Part shown: positions 24,722 to 38,879 of the stretch, in pieces
How positions within the stretch are numbered: position 1 is the stretch's first letter
How the letters are laid out: every line of letters starts with the position of its first letter
Source of the DNA: Octopus bimaculoides
Taxonomy: Eukaryota
Direction of reading: 5' to 3'
Assembly (NCBI RefSeq): GCF_001194135.2
Contig: NC_068983.1
Coordinates: forward strand, 66,131,881 to 66,195,548
DNA: 63,668 nt
Position numbers and translations under genes: made by a program
Notes under the pieces: generated by a model
Seen by the model: the letters and a program-made list of their open reading frames with translations, nothing else
Told to the model about the DNA's origin: nothing
The model's database searches: none

Positions 24722-26016
24722 TGAGGGGTACCCAAAAGTAACCAGAAACGTTCTCTGTGGAGCAAACCAGTAGTAGTTCAGACTTCCACTGCTACAAGTC
24801 ACTTGATGCAACCCTCAGCCACCAGTATGCCAACCAGTGGACCAGTTGCATCGAGTGAAGTCATACAGCCACGTGGTGTATCATTGCTTTGCAGAGCTTC
24901 TCCCCTGTTTGTCAATTTTTGTGATGGCTGAAACAAAGGAACAGCATGCTTCCATGAAACAGTTGTCATGCTTCAAAAGGCTTACAAGGACACTGTCATG
25001 AGCAAAACAAGTTGACAAGTGGTTTCCATGCTTTAGAAACGGTCACTTGTTGCTTGAAGACCGATCTTGTTCAGGGTGTCCATCGACCTCCCAAATGAAT
25101 GAAAACATCACAAAAATTCATGAACTGTTCTTGGAGGACCATCACCAAACAATTGACGAACTTGTTGATATGACGTGTGTGTCCTGGAGCTCCTGCCAAC
25201 GAATTTTGAGTGAGCCAATGTGAATGAAAAGAGCTGCAGCAAAATGTGTGCCTCATTTGCTCACAGAAAATCAAAAGCAGTCATGACAGAATGTGTTGTG
25301 AACTAAAAAAAAAACAGTTGGAGATTGAACCAGACCGTTTTCCAAAGATCATGACTGGTGATGAAAGTTGGTGCTATGGCTACGACCTGGAAACAAAGCA
25401 GCAATCAAGTCAATGGAAATATTCAATATTACCATGCCCCAAAAAAGTATGTCAAGTGAAGTGCAAAGTCAAGACAATGCTGATTTGTTTCATCAATACA
25501 AAAGAAATTGTCCACACAGAATTTGTTCCTCCTGCTCAAACTGTCAACCAGACATTTTATTTGGAAGTTCTGAAGTGTTTGCAAAACATGTTGAGACAAA
25601 AACGCCCTGACCAGTGGCAAAGTGGAGAGTGGTGGTTTCATCACAACAATGCACCTATGCACACCTCCTTGAGTGTGAGACAGATTTTGACCAAAAAATG
25701 GAATAAACCTGCTTACCTACCCTCCCTATTCACCTGATCTTGCTCCCTGTGACCTTTTTTGGTTCCTCTGAATGAAAAAAGTCCTTAAAGGGAAACGTTT
25801 TGCAGATGTGGAAGAAGTGAAGAAAAAAAACGATAGAGGCTTTAAAAGGCATCACTTTGCAAGAGTTCCAAGACTGTTTCAAACGGTGGAAAATATGTCT
25901 GGACCAATGCATTGCTTCAAATGGAAAATACTTTGAAAGCAATAAAAGTGTAAACATGTAAAAGTGAGTGAATAAAATAATAATGCAAAATTCCGGTTTC
26001 TTTTGGGCACATTCTT
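24722..26016 (+). mobile_element. Full-length decayed mariner, family C (irritans-like)
   Basis: Degenerate TIRs gaggggtacccaaaagtaaccag and ccggtttcttttgggcacattct. Motifs IMTGDESWCYGYD, KTMLICF, EFVPPAQTVNQTFYLEVL, HHNNAPMH and SPDLAPCD. Confidence 0.92.
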
Positions 26017-28179
26017 TTAATACATTACAACAAAGAATGAATACATTTCATACATGAAAACATATTTAGTTTTACTGCATTAGGATTTGTATTTTTAGAT
26101 TCATATTTAACAAGAGACATGTGATGAGCAACTGGTATCATGAAATGGTTAACTTAATGATGATTTTTTGACTTTTAATATGAGTCACATCAGATCTGTT
26201 GTAGCAAATGTCTTGAGTCACCTTGTCAGAGTTTTAAATGACTAAAAGGATTCTTCACAGAAGTCTTGTGTTAATGTAGATTCAATTGTGAATGTCAGAT
26301 TGCCAAATGAATAAGATATTAATTTATCAGTCATGTGATTGAATCCACTGCTAGATTTCTTTTCATTATCAAAGCAGAATTCTGTACTCCGTATTGCTTC
26401 AATTCAATGTTTGGGAATTGTATCAAATTCCCTGAGAATGCATATTTCTAAAGGATTATCTATCAATGATTTTCTTTAAGCCATTGGATAATTAAGTCTT
26501 TCGCTCACATTTGTTTTTATATTTTTAAAATTCAGTATGAAAGTGGGGTGGCTGATTTCATTTTCAGTTACTGGTACTATGATAAATCTAAGCCCCAAAT
26601 ATTTAACATCTGTCTACATAACTGTAAATAAACTCCGCTGTAAAATTATTACACAGTAATGTAAAACTGTCTAATAAGTCTTTTGTTAGTAATGCTAAAT
26701 TCATTTTTACCCATAGATGAGTTAACTGAAATATATTTGTCTGTCATTGGCTAGGTGCCAAGGAAAATGGCAATTATCATTAGTTTAATGACTTTTGTGG
26801 CAGGAAATAATACAGCACAATAAAATGAAGCGCGATAACTTTGAAGTATAATATTTCATTCAATATGCCTTGTTTCAGATTAAAGATTAGTTGTTGAAGA
26901 TGTAATTTTTTAAGGGCTTTCATAAAGGAAGAAAAGCAACACCCATTGATTATTTCTCAGGAGCTTTATAACTGATGAGAGGAAGGGAAAAAGTTAGTGC
27001 CTGATCCCAGCAACAGAGTAGACTCTCCTAAAGGCAGCCAAATACAAAGTGCTGGTGTTGAACTGAGAAACAGATAATGTCTGTTAGAGATTAGCAGTCA
27101 AAAATGAAATGCTGGTAAGTAAAAGCACATTATTTGGGATTGGATATTATGATTAAGGATAGAAGGGAAATTTGCAAGCAGTAAGTAAATATGAGAAAAA
27201 ACAGGAAAAATATTTAGCATGATGTTAGTAAGCAACCATGAAGAATTATAGAGAGAGAAGACATGTAAAATGGAGATACCAGTTAGTTGAGTGAGTTTAG
27301 ATAAAGGTAGCATAGTCAGCATTTCTGGGAAAATATTTTATTATATTAGACAATGACAACACTCATTTGAACACTAGATAAGGTAGTTTAAATGTTGGAT
27401 GACATGAGTGAAAAAATACTTTTCAAGTGGACAGCCATTCCTTCTGTCCAGACATGATAGGCAAAGTGTAGATGTATAGAATGTACACAAGTTTGGGGTC
27501 TGTAAAATATTTGTAAAGTATTAGAATGTAAGCACCAGAAAGTGGTTGTAAGCTCCCAATTTGCTGAAACAGTAATGTAGGTAAAATTCTTGATCTGAGC
27601 TTTTTTAGTTCCTCAATTTCTACTTAAAGTAAACAACCTAGAAGGCATTGGACTGGTTTTCTTTCATATCGTATATAATTATGAAGCCTTCAGCGATTAC
27701 CCAATGACATATAAAATATATGAAGAAACCTAAGCATTGTGAATATAAAGTGGAATTGTTATGAGCAGTTAATTTTAGGTTAGATGCATTACTGTAATTG
27801 CCCTGACTGGCCAAATTAAACCAGGAGCCATATCTACCACAGAGTTCTGTAATTAGAAGAAGAAAGGATCAGGCATTTCAACTATGAAATCAATTATTTT
27901 AACAATTCATCTGTAAATATTCATATTCCCTTCCCCATCTTATGTAAACTAAAAGAAAAAAATTCAAAATTGAAAACTGTGTGTTTCAACCAATGTTAAT
28001 ACAAATAAAAGGATGTTAAAATCATTATAAGAAAACGATATGAAATATATTTGAAAACATTTTGAAATACTTATAAAAAGCTTTAGACGAAAGAAAAACA
28101 ATTTTGCTGAATATAGAATTAAATGTTTTCGTGAATAATCAAATATTTTGTTTCTTTTACAATCATACATAATATGTAT

Positions 28180-28276
28180 AAGTGATGTACGTATGTATGT
28201 ATGTGTGTATGTATGTATGTATGTATGTATGTATGCATGCATGTATGTATGTATGTGTGTGTATGTATGTATGTAA

Positions 28277-28307
<31 letters not shown>

Positions 28308-28530
28308 TGTATGCATTCATGTATGTATGTATGCATTCATGTATGTATGCATATATGTATGTGTCTGTGTGTATACATATATATACATATTTTTTTATAT
28401 ATATGTACATACATTTGGGTGTGTATGTATAGTGTGCGTATGTGTGCTTGTTTGTGCATATGTGTGTGTGAGTGTGCATGTGTGTGTGTGTGTGTGTGCG
28501 TGTGCGTGTGTGTGCATGTGTGCATGCGTG
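28180..28530. repeat. Compound (TATG)n/(TG)n microsatellite
   Basis: Directly visible. Source of the low-complexity ORFs at 27964-28572. Confidence 0.95.
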
Positions 28531-28679
28531 AAGTTCTGTTTCCTTGAATGATCTGTGAGAAAAGTTATTCACTCCAGTAGCAATTCTAATTTGAAAGTCA
28601 TTCTATCATCAAATGAAAAAAAATAAAACAAATTGCAGCTTATATGATGATGATGACAAGGATGATGATGATAGCAACA

Positions 28680-28713
28680 ATAAAAACAGCAGAAATGCTA
28701 ATAATAATAATAA

Positions 28714-28773
<60 letters not shown>

Positions 28774-28796
28774 TAACAATAATAATAATAATAATC
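28680..28796. repeat. (AAT)n microsatellite
   Basis: Directly visible. Confidence 0.95.
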
Positions 28797-29435
28797 ATAG
28801 AGACCATGTAATTCAGAAACCATCTATTTGCAATGTTATATTTGCTGTTGATTAAGCACAGTAAAATAAAACATCTGCTCCAACAAACAAGACGTACTAT
28901 GTTTTAAAAATTACTGCGAGATTTGCTTAATTTAGTTTGTCTTTTGCTCCTGTTCATTCCTTATCAGTCTTACAGCATGTATTATGTTCATATCAGTACA
29001 TTAGCAGCTTTGACAAGCCTGTCGCTTCCAATAACATAGATGTTCCGCCGTATAGTGAGATGCTCAGTAACAACTGCTCAGTTCTTTAAATCAATTAGTC
29101 AAGAGTTGTTTCAGTCATGTGAATTATTGAATTATTTTTCTTCCCTTGTACTTATTCTCTGTTCCACTATGTTGGTAGCATTTTCCCTCTGTTCTTATCT
29201 CAGTCAAAAGTTACATTTCTGTAAAGGAAAGAAAGAAGGAAGACAGAAACATTGGTGCAAGAATAAGACACATCATGCAAAACGATTGTATAAAATAATA
29301 ATTAGGTGATTGATTTACAGACGCAAATAACAATGATATTAAGATAGAAAAGAATGATAAGGAGGAAAAGATGGACGCAGAATGAGAAAGCGCATGAAAT
29401 ATATACATACATACATACATATACATATGTGTGCA

Positions 29436-29469
<34 letters not shown>

Positions 29470-29485
29470 TGTCTGTATGTATATG

Positions 29486-29518
<33 letters not shown>

Positions 29519-31220
29519 TTGTAGGTATGTATTGTTCCATTCTATATCAACCACCACCATTTTATCATTCTTTTCTACTTTTCTCTGTCTCTCTCTTCTT
29601 CCTTTTCTCTGACACACTCATTGTTTTCTCAAAAGTGTATTCTTTGAAAATAGCTGATCTATGTTCTTGCAATCTCTTCTGGATAGATACAGCCAAATAA
29701 AAGATAACTGTCAAAGGGGCAAAGACTTCAAAGAATAGGGTTAAGATCACAATGAGCTTTTAACTTATGTATGACCATAACATATCAGAAATTAAAGCCA
29801 CAAAAAAGAAAATTCTTCTTCTTCACCATATATAAACTTTTGGATGGAAAAATTAGTAGAATGGTGGTCAGAAAAATGTCTTACTAAATTTAGTTACAGT
29901 TACATCCCTTTACATTCTGTATTCAAATCGCATCGATATCTAGTACATATTCCATTCTTTGAGAGTTGATAAAGTGCCAGTCATTTACCGAAGTCAACTA
30001 ACTATTTCCGTTTCTAAAAATATCAGGCCATATGCTTATGTTAAGGATTTTGCGCTTTACATCTTGTGTTCCAACAGCACTGAGGACAACGTTGCATTTC
30101 ATTCTATAAGGGTCTTTGAAATAAAGTCAAGCATTAGAGTCATAATTTTTAACAAGCTCTTTGTCCTCAAGCTGCTACTGGCTTTGTGCCTACATTATTA
30201 ATAGTTATTTACTATCATGATTATAAAGAAAAGGGTAGTATACTACCAGAATTGTTAGAGCATTGGAAAAATAGCTGACTCTTTACTTCTGGGTTCAAAC
30301 TATGCCAAGGTCAACTTACTCTTATATGTCTCTGGAGGTGATAAAGTAAAGTATCAAACAAGTACTGAGGTTGATATAATTAACTAATCACCTCCCCACA
30401 AAATCGTTGGTTTTGTACCTAAATTTAAAACAGTTGTTATTTATAACAAAAGTGAAATAAAAGAAATCATTCTAACAGTGTTAGATGCTAGGAATTATTA
30501 TCACCATGAGCATTAGATCGTAAAATCTGTGGAGTAAACATTAACATCATAAGTCTTAATGCCCATGGAAGAACTGAAGATAAAAAACTTTAGAAGTAAA
30601 CAAAAAGTGAGACCTGAAAAGACCTTTTCTTTCTCTCTTGGAAGTAGAAGCAATGAAAGCTAAACATGAATGGCTCCATTATTATGTGCCTGTTCACACC
30701 AATTAAAACTAATAATTCTTATCCCAAAAAGATTACTGATAAGCAGAGAATGGTCAACATTTCATTATTTATAATTTGGAGAACCTTTAGGTGTTGTTTC
30801 GACAAAGGTATAGTGGAAATTTTCATAAAGTGATTCAGAAAAAAGTTGGAAATAAAGTTGGTGATTATAATTTGTAAGTAGTCATATTATAAGTTTAGCT
30901 ATTAGACACTTATTTTGTCAGTCTCAGCACAGAAAGTACTTAGTGACCAAGTGATCATTTTCTGAGAATATGCTTAATAATTAACAAAGATGAGTACTTA
31001 AAAAGGAAATTAAGAGAGATGCTGTGATCTCAGTAAAAGAAAGAAAGGAAGGAGGGAAAGCTGACAAACTAAAATTTTTTAAATTAAAAATATCAAATTC
31101 AATTGATGTAGCCTCGATTTGATCATATCATTTTCCCTCCAGTATCAAGGCTGAATATGCATGACACCAGCCCTGATGGAAACCCAATAAAAGTGGATAA
31201 GAGGTATTTGGCTAAAGCAC

Positions 31221-31392
31221 TTTAGATGTCAATCATAAGTCCTTGATTCAGGTAGTGTACATTCTAGCACATTGTTTAGGGTTATTGAATGCTCATGCAA
31301 CAATTCATTTAATGAGGAAATATTTTATCTTTGTTTTTCTCAAGTGAACAATTATATCATATGTCAATTCCAAAAGTAGAATGAAGAGTAAA
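31221..31392 (+). repeat. About 172-bp direct repeat, copy 1
   Basis: tgtcaatcataagtccttgattca...gtcaattccaaaa...tgaagagtaaa recurs at 33168-33341. Confidence 0.85.
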
Positions 31393-32749
31393 CAAAATGA
31401 CCATAATTTAAAAAAAAAATAATAACATCTATCACTAAGAAAAGAGTATTCTAGTTGTAATTTATAGATTCTAAGACTTTGGTGATATGTGATTGCTTTT
31501 CAAATTCTTTGTCATTCATTGTATGTACTTGTACTTCATTCTATATAATGAAATGCTAAAATATTTTCTTAATTGATGATGTTTGAAATTAAGTGTAAAC
31601 AAAGAAGGCGTAGAAATATTTAGCACAATGGATGTCAATAAACAATAAAACATTTTATCCAAAAGACTTGATTCTTTGTTAAAATCATTTCTATTTAAAA
31701 AGACATGTTTAGATTCAAATCTCTTCTTTTCTATCTGTGATTGTACAGTTGGTATCAACATGAATTTCATTGGAATAGGGAGGAAGTGGCTTTTTCATGT
31801 CACTATCTGCTCTATATATTTATGTATTAATCTACCTAGGATTTTGAAGTTGGAGAACAGAGCCAGTGAATAGAATAAGAAGTCTATCGATGAACATTAT
31901 TATTCAATTGCTTCAGAACTGCTTAGATCAATTCAACCATTCTTGAAATGTATATTTTAGTAACATTCATGGCTGTTGTTGTTTAGTTCCCAGTCAGCCA
32001 CTGGTCATTCCTGATTAAGCAAATCTGTGCATAATTAAAAATAGTCCACTTTTAACTGATATTCATAGTGATGGGAGCTGATTGTAATATAGATAGTTAT
32101 TACAATGTTGATGATAGTCATGCTGATCATTTTGATGACAGGTAGTGAAAATTGTGATAATAGGGATGAAACATCAATAAAGATTACCATGATGATGAAG
32201 TTGATTACCATGATGATGATGTTGATTACTATGATAAAAATGATGATGATGATGATGATGACGATGACGACAATGATGGTAATGGTGATGCAGTTTGTTC
32301 TCCTCATAAATAATACAATTTATACTGGACAATGCAAATTTTCTCCTATATTACATATTTTTCCATAACGAAGTCAGCAGTGAGCAACATCATAAAAGCA
32401 GACAGATTCTAGCAGAAAATCTCTTTATTGTGAAAATATTGTGTATAAGATACTGTAAGGTCTATAATAACCAAAGTAGTTTTAATAACCACACCCCATA
32501 CTGTGTTTTATTAACTTTTTCTGCTCAAGTTTTCTTTATTTTTACTTGTTCAGTTTACAGTGTTCTTATAAACTTTATATTTTGCTTTCCTTAAAGATTT
32601 ATGTTGTTATAAACAAAAGCCAGTTATGCTATAATAAACCAGGCAAAATCTGATACAAAATCTAAAACAAAATTAACACAAAGATTAATTTGTTTTGAGT
32701 AAACATGGGGCAAATTTTATACATGCATGCACACATACATTCATAGATA

Positions 32750-33056
32750 CTACAGATTTACACAAAAACCTAGAAATACTAGATTTCTTAAAGAAAGAGC
32801 AAAAGAGACTGATGTGGATTCTCCAAATCCTATCTTCTAGTGGCACAGTAAAGATTTGTAAGCCATTCCAAAGATTCTTTACCTGAGATTCTTTAGATGA
32901 ATAGATGCACACACTTGGTTGTGTAATTTGGCAGCTCAACCAGCACACCAACTCGACCACTGGAAACTCTCTGAAATCAAGAAGTCTTGTTACTTTGTTA
33001 GCAACCAGGTTGAACCCTCTGAAGAAGAACTTATGTAATACTCAAAGAAAAAACAT
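32750..33056 (+). mobile_element. RLE-type LINE C-terminus and 3' UTR
   Basis: LEILDFLKKEQKRLMWILQILSSSGTVKICKPFQRFFT* followed by a UTR homologous to 14222-14445. Confidence 0.6.
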
Positions 33057-33167
33057 ACATACACACGTACTCACACACTTATATATAAGAAGGTTATAGA
33101 AAGGTATAACAGAGGCCAATGTGTTGCAGGTACTTACCATAATAATAGCAAACAAGGAACTGGTATA

Positions 33168-33341
33168 TTTAGCTGTCAATCATAAGTCCTTGATTCATAT
33201 TGTGTACATGCATGCACATTGTTTTGGGTTATTGAATATTCATGTTACAATTCATTAAAGGAAAAAATATTTTGTCTTTGTTTTTGTCAAGTGAATAATT
33301 ATATCATACATGTCAATTCCAAAAACAGAGTGAAGAGTAAA
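33168..33341 (+). repeat. About 174-bp direct repeat, copy 2
   Basis: Diverged copy of 31221-31392, roughly 80-85 percent identical by eye. Confidence 0.85.
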
Positions 33342-36300
33342 TATCTACTCTCAGACAGTTTATTTTGTGTTGCACTCATCGAATAAAATATCAAAAAATT
33401 TCCTGACCCAAAATAAGAATCTCAACATGGTTGCTCAATTGTTATAAATAGCAGTCAAATATCCTTCAACTCACATCCTGCTATTTTAAAAATAGAAGAA
33501 TATATTGGATAACATAGTCTTAGGTAAATTATGTGAGGTCAGAAAGGCAGTAGTCACTGCTGCAATGCTTTTAATCATAAATCTTCAAAAGTTGGGTAAA
33601 CCTTGGGAGAAATACAACAGCAATAATAAATTTCTTAATCGAAAATTCAGGATCAATATCTTTCTATGTAAGATAATCATGAATATTGTTTATTCCATGT
33701 TGAATGTAGTTCTTCAGCCTGACCTTAGCCGTGATGGCTAAAACAAATAAAAAAAATATATTACTCATCAGTTTCATGTATTGTAATTTATGTAATTATA
33801 CCAGTAAGGCTTCTCTAGAATGAACTTATGCATATGCTGTGCTTAAAGTCACTCCACCCAACCCAACTCCTGTTCCTTACCACAGACACTAGACCAGCAT
33901 TTGATGTTGTTATCTATCAATAATTATAATAATTTCAATTTTATATCCAGAATATAAATTGACCCTTCATTGCAACAATTCATTATAGCTTCAAATATCA
34001 TCTTATAAGCTGTCATGTACAGTACATTATGGACACTGATGGAATAAAAGTTAAAGTCAATCGCAGAAGAGAGAAAGATAAATCTAAATCCTATTCTTCT
34101 CTTTACTCTACTATTTTCAGTTTTAATGATCAAGTGGCACTTCATTTGGTCAACTTAGTGGCACCTCAAACTATTTATGTTTACATTGTAAATATAAATA
34201 TTTTGAGGTGCTACCTTTTTCCAGTTGATTAAAATATTATTCAGGGTTTACTTTTTCCGAATCACTTCTTTGTTATTTCTTTTTATATCTGTTTCATGCT
34301 GTACCTGGCAGTTTCTGTAACATATAAGTTTTCCACTGACAGGATTGGTTAGCCTTTCCCTCAACCTACTCCATTTCTCTGTGTGATCCCACAAGACCCT
34401 TTTCATAACACAATAAGGCCAATTCAGAGAGAGAGAGAGAGAGAGAGAAAGAAAGAGGGAGAACTGCAGTCAGAACTTGACTAATACTTTTAGTGACCCT
34501 AGAAGGATAAATGGCAAAATTGATTTTTACAGAATTTTAACACAGAACATAGAGAATTGGAACAACTACTACAAGACATCCAATGCTCTTCTAATAACTC
34601 TACCAATTTTCCACATTCACCTTCTGTACTTTCTTTACTGTAATATATTTAGACTGGTATTTTATCATTTTTGTTAACTTACACTGCTTTCTAATACTGA
34701 AAATTGATTACATATATGGAATTGGGCAACGGAAAACATGTTCAGTTGAAATTGTGAAGGTGATTTATGTTACAGGATCTTGGACCTTGAGTTTAGATTT
34801 ATACAGGTGCTTGATGATGTTACAGAATAGAATACTTAATTCAGCCTTGTTACTATAGCTGCATTTTCAGTTAGCAGATCTGGAAATATTACATATAAGA
34901 ATTTGATACTTCTATGCTCCTATCTAAGGTGGTATTCATCTCATATCTGCTTAATGTTGTAGGGATTCAAACCCCAACTGCAAAATTATCAGTTCATGAT
35001 CATGAGTAAACCACAACACGCTCATGTGGACAACCTTAAAATCAACCAATCAGCTTGAAGCTATGCCACGAACAGCATCTTAAATGTCCTTCTTCCCTAG
35101 TTAAACAGTTTGGCATCTAAATCATGGCAGAGAGCTGTTCGCATTCAAGCAAGACAGATCTCAGCTCTCTCACCACGAAGCCATAATAATTTGCAGTGAG
35201 CTTGTATCTTTTGTTTTTCACATTTCCAGATGGTTAAGGGCTAAGCAAACAGTTAAATCAATTCCTACATACTATTCTGATAACAAATGAGACTATGATA
35301 ATTTATATATGATACATGAATAATTTTCTATCAATAAAATCTGTTGTTAAACATTTGTGAGTTTGCTTTTGCTGTACTAGAATGCAGTCAGCCTGATCTT
35401 ATTTTCAATTAATGAAAATACAGCATCAGTCTTTCTCGTGACAACTCGACCTTGCAAAAATGGTGACTCAGTGTAGAAAATCCTACAATAACCATACATA
35501 CAATAATGGTCTCCAGCAAACACAACAATAATGCAGAGCTTGCAACAATGTCATCATGAAAATTAGTAAAGCAATTTTCATAATTGTCAGAAATAAGTAA
35601 TATATCTTCTAGGAAAAGATTATTACGGCTTGTCTATTGCTTGCCTATTACAATAGCTTACACTAACCAATGGATACATCTAACTGAAAATAATCTAAAA
35701 ATGACTCTTTTTATTCCACATAATGAAAATACCTGAGGGAAAATATGTCTTACAATTTATAACTTCAATTTCAACCAAAAATTTAAAATTATTTTTGCAA
35801 CTTAAAATTAGAAATTGTTTTTATTTGCTAAGGCTGCAGGTAGTTAATATTAACAAAGTTATTAAAGTAAAGTGTTTTGTCACTAAACGAATTGTTTTGC
35901 TGTTGTTTTTTACTGTTCTTTTGCTAACACTTCTTTTTACTTCTTATTTTTTCAAGAAGTAAACCATTCATTTAAAGAATACTCTAAACTAAAATATTTT
36001 TTAAATTAACATTTTATGTTTGTTATAAAATGTGTGAACATTTTGAAACCAAATTTTTGTCATCTGACAAATATTTTTTTCTTTTTTTTTATTATATTAC
36101 TTCGATTTTACTTTCACATCTGGTGTTTGTTACTTGGAACTTTTCTTATCTTATCCGTAATGAAATCCTTAACTTTTGTAAAGGATTTCAATAAAAAAAA
36201 AAAACCTAATGCTGTCACTAGAAAACTTTTAGTCTGAGATTCCTAATGCCTTATAAACCAACTGACAAAAATGGTATGTTAAAAATATAGCGAGAGAAGC

Positions 36301-38879
36301 CACAGTAGGCTCAGTTGATAAGATACCAGCATACCACTGAAAGGTTATCAATTTTATATTTCATCACAATTGTTGTACTTTTTCCATTACCAAAACACTT
36401 AAATTTTACTGGCATAGACTGCATACTTTTAAAGAGTTACAATAGAGAGCTACACTTCACTAATGAAATAGGCAGGATCATCATGTAATAGAAAAATATT
36501 CTGTTGGCTTGTAATGCTAAGTTCAACTCCTGCCATGGGGAGTAAAGTCAGGGCAGTCCATTGATGAATATATAAAACAACTTTAAAATATCATATTGAA
36601 GGATTCATTGATAAAAGAAAGTTTATGCTACATTGCCAAAACTGATAGTCATACTACTAATTCAAATGAAATTCAAATTAAAAATACACTATTTCTATAT
36701 TTATACTTTGAAATATTTACATCATAACTTTACTATAAGTGACCTTAAAACTGTGTTTGCAATGCAGTTTCTGTACAGCATTGAGCAAGTTCATGCCTCA
36801 TATCTTTCTCTCTGGTTGAGATGGATGACATTTATTGTTTGCAGTATCATATTTTCTCCCCATTCCTTAGAGTGTAGCACAAACATAGCCTGACCTGGAA
36901 ACTCAATCTCCACTGAGCCAATGAAGGTTTCTCTGTAAGATCATTTGACTAAATAGAAGTAACAGACAAACTCACTCTGATTACACACTTTTATCTTCAA
37001 AAGTGGGGGATATATTGTATAATGTAGCCTTAGATATGCAATGCTCAAGAGAAGAGAGAGAATAGCTATATTCAAAAGGATTTTAATTATAAGTTGATTC
37101 AGCCAGAGCTGATATTGGCTAAAGAACAACATAACCTTGTATTCAATAATATACAACAGTGCATCATTTACTATATATATATATATATATTTTACCATTA
37201 GGGCTGTAGATTGACTGAATCATTAGAATACTTTGTGGTATGTAGTTATGTTTTAAGATCAACTGAGTTTTATCAATCTTTCCTATTACCAAATTCATTC
37301 TAATGGCTCATTCCTAAGCAGCTATGATTAGCAATTCAGTTTCTCACTTGAGGTTTCCACCTGTCAGCCACAATCAGCATTCTTTACTTCCAACATCCTT
37401 CATTTGTTTATTACTAGCATTATTAGAATTACTATTATAATTATCAGTTCTCATAGAGGAAACATTTTATTCTTCTTTAAAGCAAAACTTTATTCAAGCA
37501 AATTTCTTTTGGGAGTCTTGCCAAAAAACGATTTTTATTACCCATGAAGGTCTGTCCATGGTAACTGGAGGAGTGGTAAACAAAAGAAATGTTTTTACAT
37601 ACGGTATTTGCTTCTATATATTGTCCACATTTTCACATTCAGAATAGCTACGAGGCACAAACACAGTGCAAGACAAAATAGCAGACAATGTGATAAAGTC
37701 AGCTCAGAAACAAATTATGCCACCAAATTAAAGAAATGAAAATAATGAACATTTTTGATGAACAATTAATAGAAAAATTCAAAGTCTAACACATAATTTT
37801 GAAGATGATAATAACAGCAACAATGACACTTCTACAGAGTCAAGCATTTTAAATTGCTTCTATAGTATCTATGTTAAAGGTAATTTTGCTTTATTTGTAG
37901 CACACACATGATTTTTAGATGTAACTCAAGTCCTAGAAAAATAGTTATTGAAGGAATTTCATAAACCCAGGCTGTTTTTCTTTGCCACAGGATCTAATCC
38001 AAGAGAAAATAAAGAAAACAAAATATATATACGTTTTAGAAAAAATAGTTCTAGTATCGAATTACCATTGAGGCAACAATTGCAGGAAGCACTCTATGGA
38101 AACTCAGGGAAAATTTTCTCCTTGAAAAAGAGGGAAAATTATGGTGCCATCTGCTACACTTTTAGAACAAAGACACAGCTAAAACATTGGCTAAAATGGG
38201 TGACAGTAAGAATAATAATTTTGTATTGTGGTATGGGTAGGTAGTTAAAGCAGGGTTGACAAGTGGCCACATGTGATCAAGGTATGTCATAATGGATTAA
38301 TTATAGAAGTCCTAATGACCCACGAAGGCCACAGAGCCATACTAGGACTCTGATTAAATGTAGATGCTGAAACAAAGGGCATAAGTTTGATGATAGAGAG
38401 TAAAAGCTCAGTTGCTATATGACTGGGGTAAAAATCTCAAAGCATCTTTCTTTGAAAAACTGAAAAAGTGAGGGAAGAAAACAAGAAAGGAAAGCAATAC
38501 AAGCTAGCTAAGTCTACAACATGAGCAACAAACTCCAGTTTCCTGACCACCATCAGTTACAAGACTGGAAATGAAAGAAGAAATCATCTCATGCCTAGTT
38601 ATAGAATTAAGTGAGCAAAATCCCCTCTCTTAACAAGAGTAACAAATAGTGCTAATCCATCATCATGTTTATTAGTGAGATAATGATTGCAAAGGAAAGT
38701 ATTCAAATTACCAAAGAGGAAAAAAAAAAGAAAAAGCTACAAGGAAAAAGTCAAGTCAAGTAAAACAGATTAGAAAGATCAATCTTCTCAAAATGATTAA
38801 GATGATGAAGTAGCGAACAAAGAACTAAGATTTACCATCCTTTAAAAACAAAATCAACAACTAATAGATAAAATTCCTG

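Noticed and set aside
26375-26480. Frame QNSVLRIASIQCLGIVSNSLRMHISKG, HEAT-repeat-like
   Set aside because: No convincing splice donor before the stop, and too short to support.
27964-28855. YI/HT/VC/MYVC/poly-N ORFs here and at 4204-4515, 7748-8079, 13858-14087, 29211-29700, 32035-32368, 54686-55063 and 61730-62365
   Set aside because: These are translations of di-, tri- and tetranucleotide repeats with no protein-family signal.
30440-31000. Possible hAT transposase remnant (LLCACSHQLKLII)
   Set aside because: Only one weak motif, with no ordered series and no termini.
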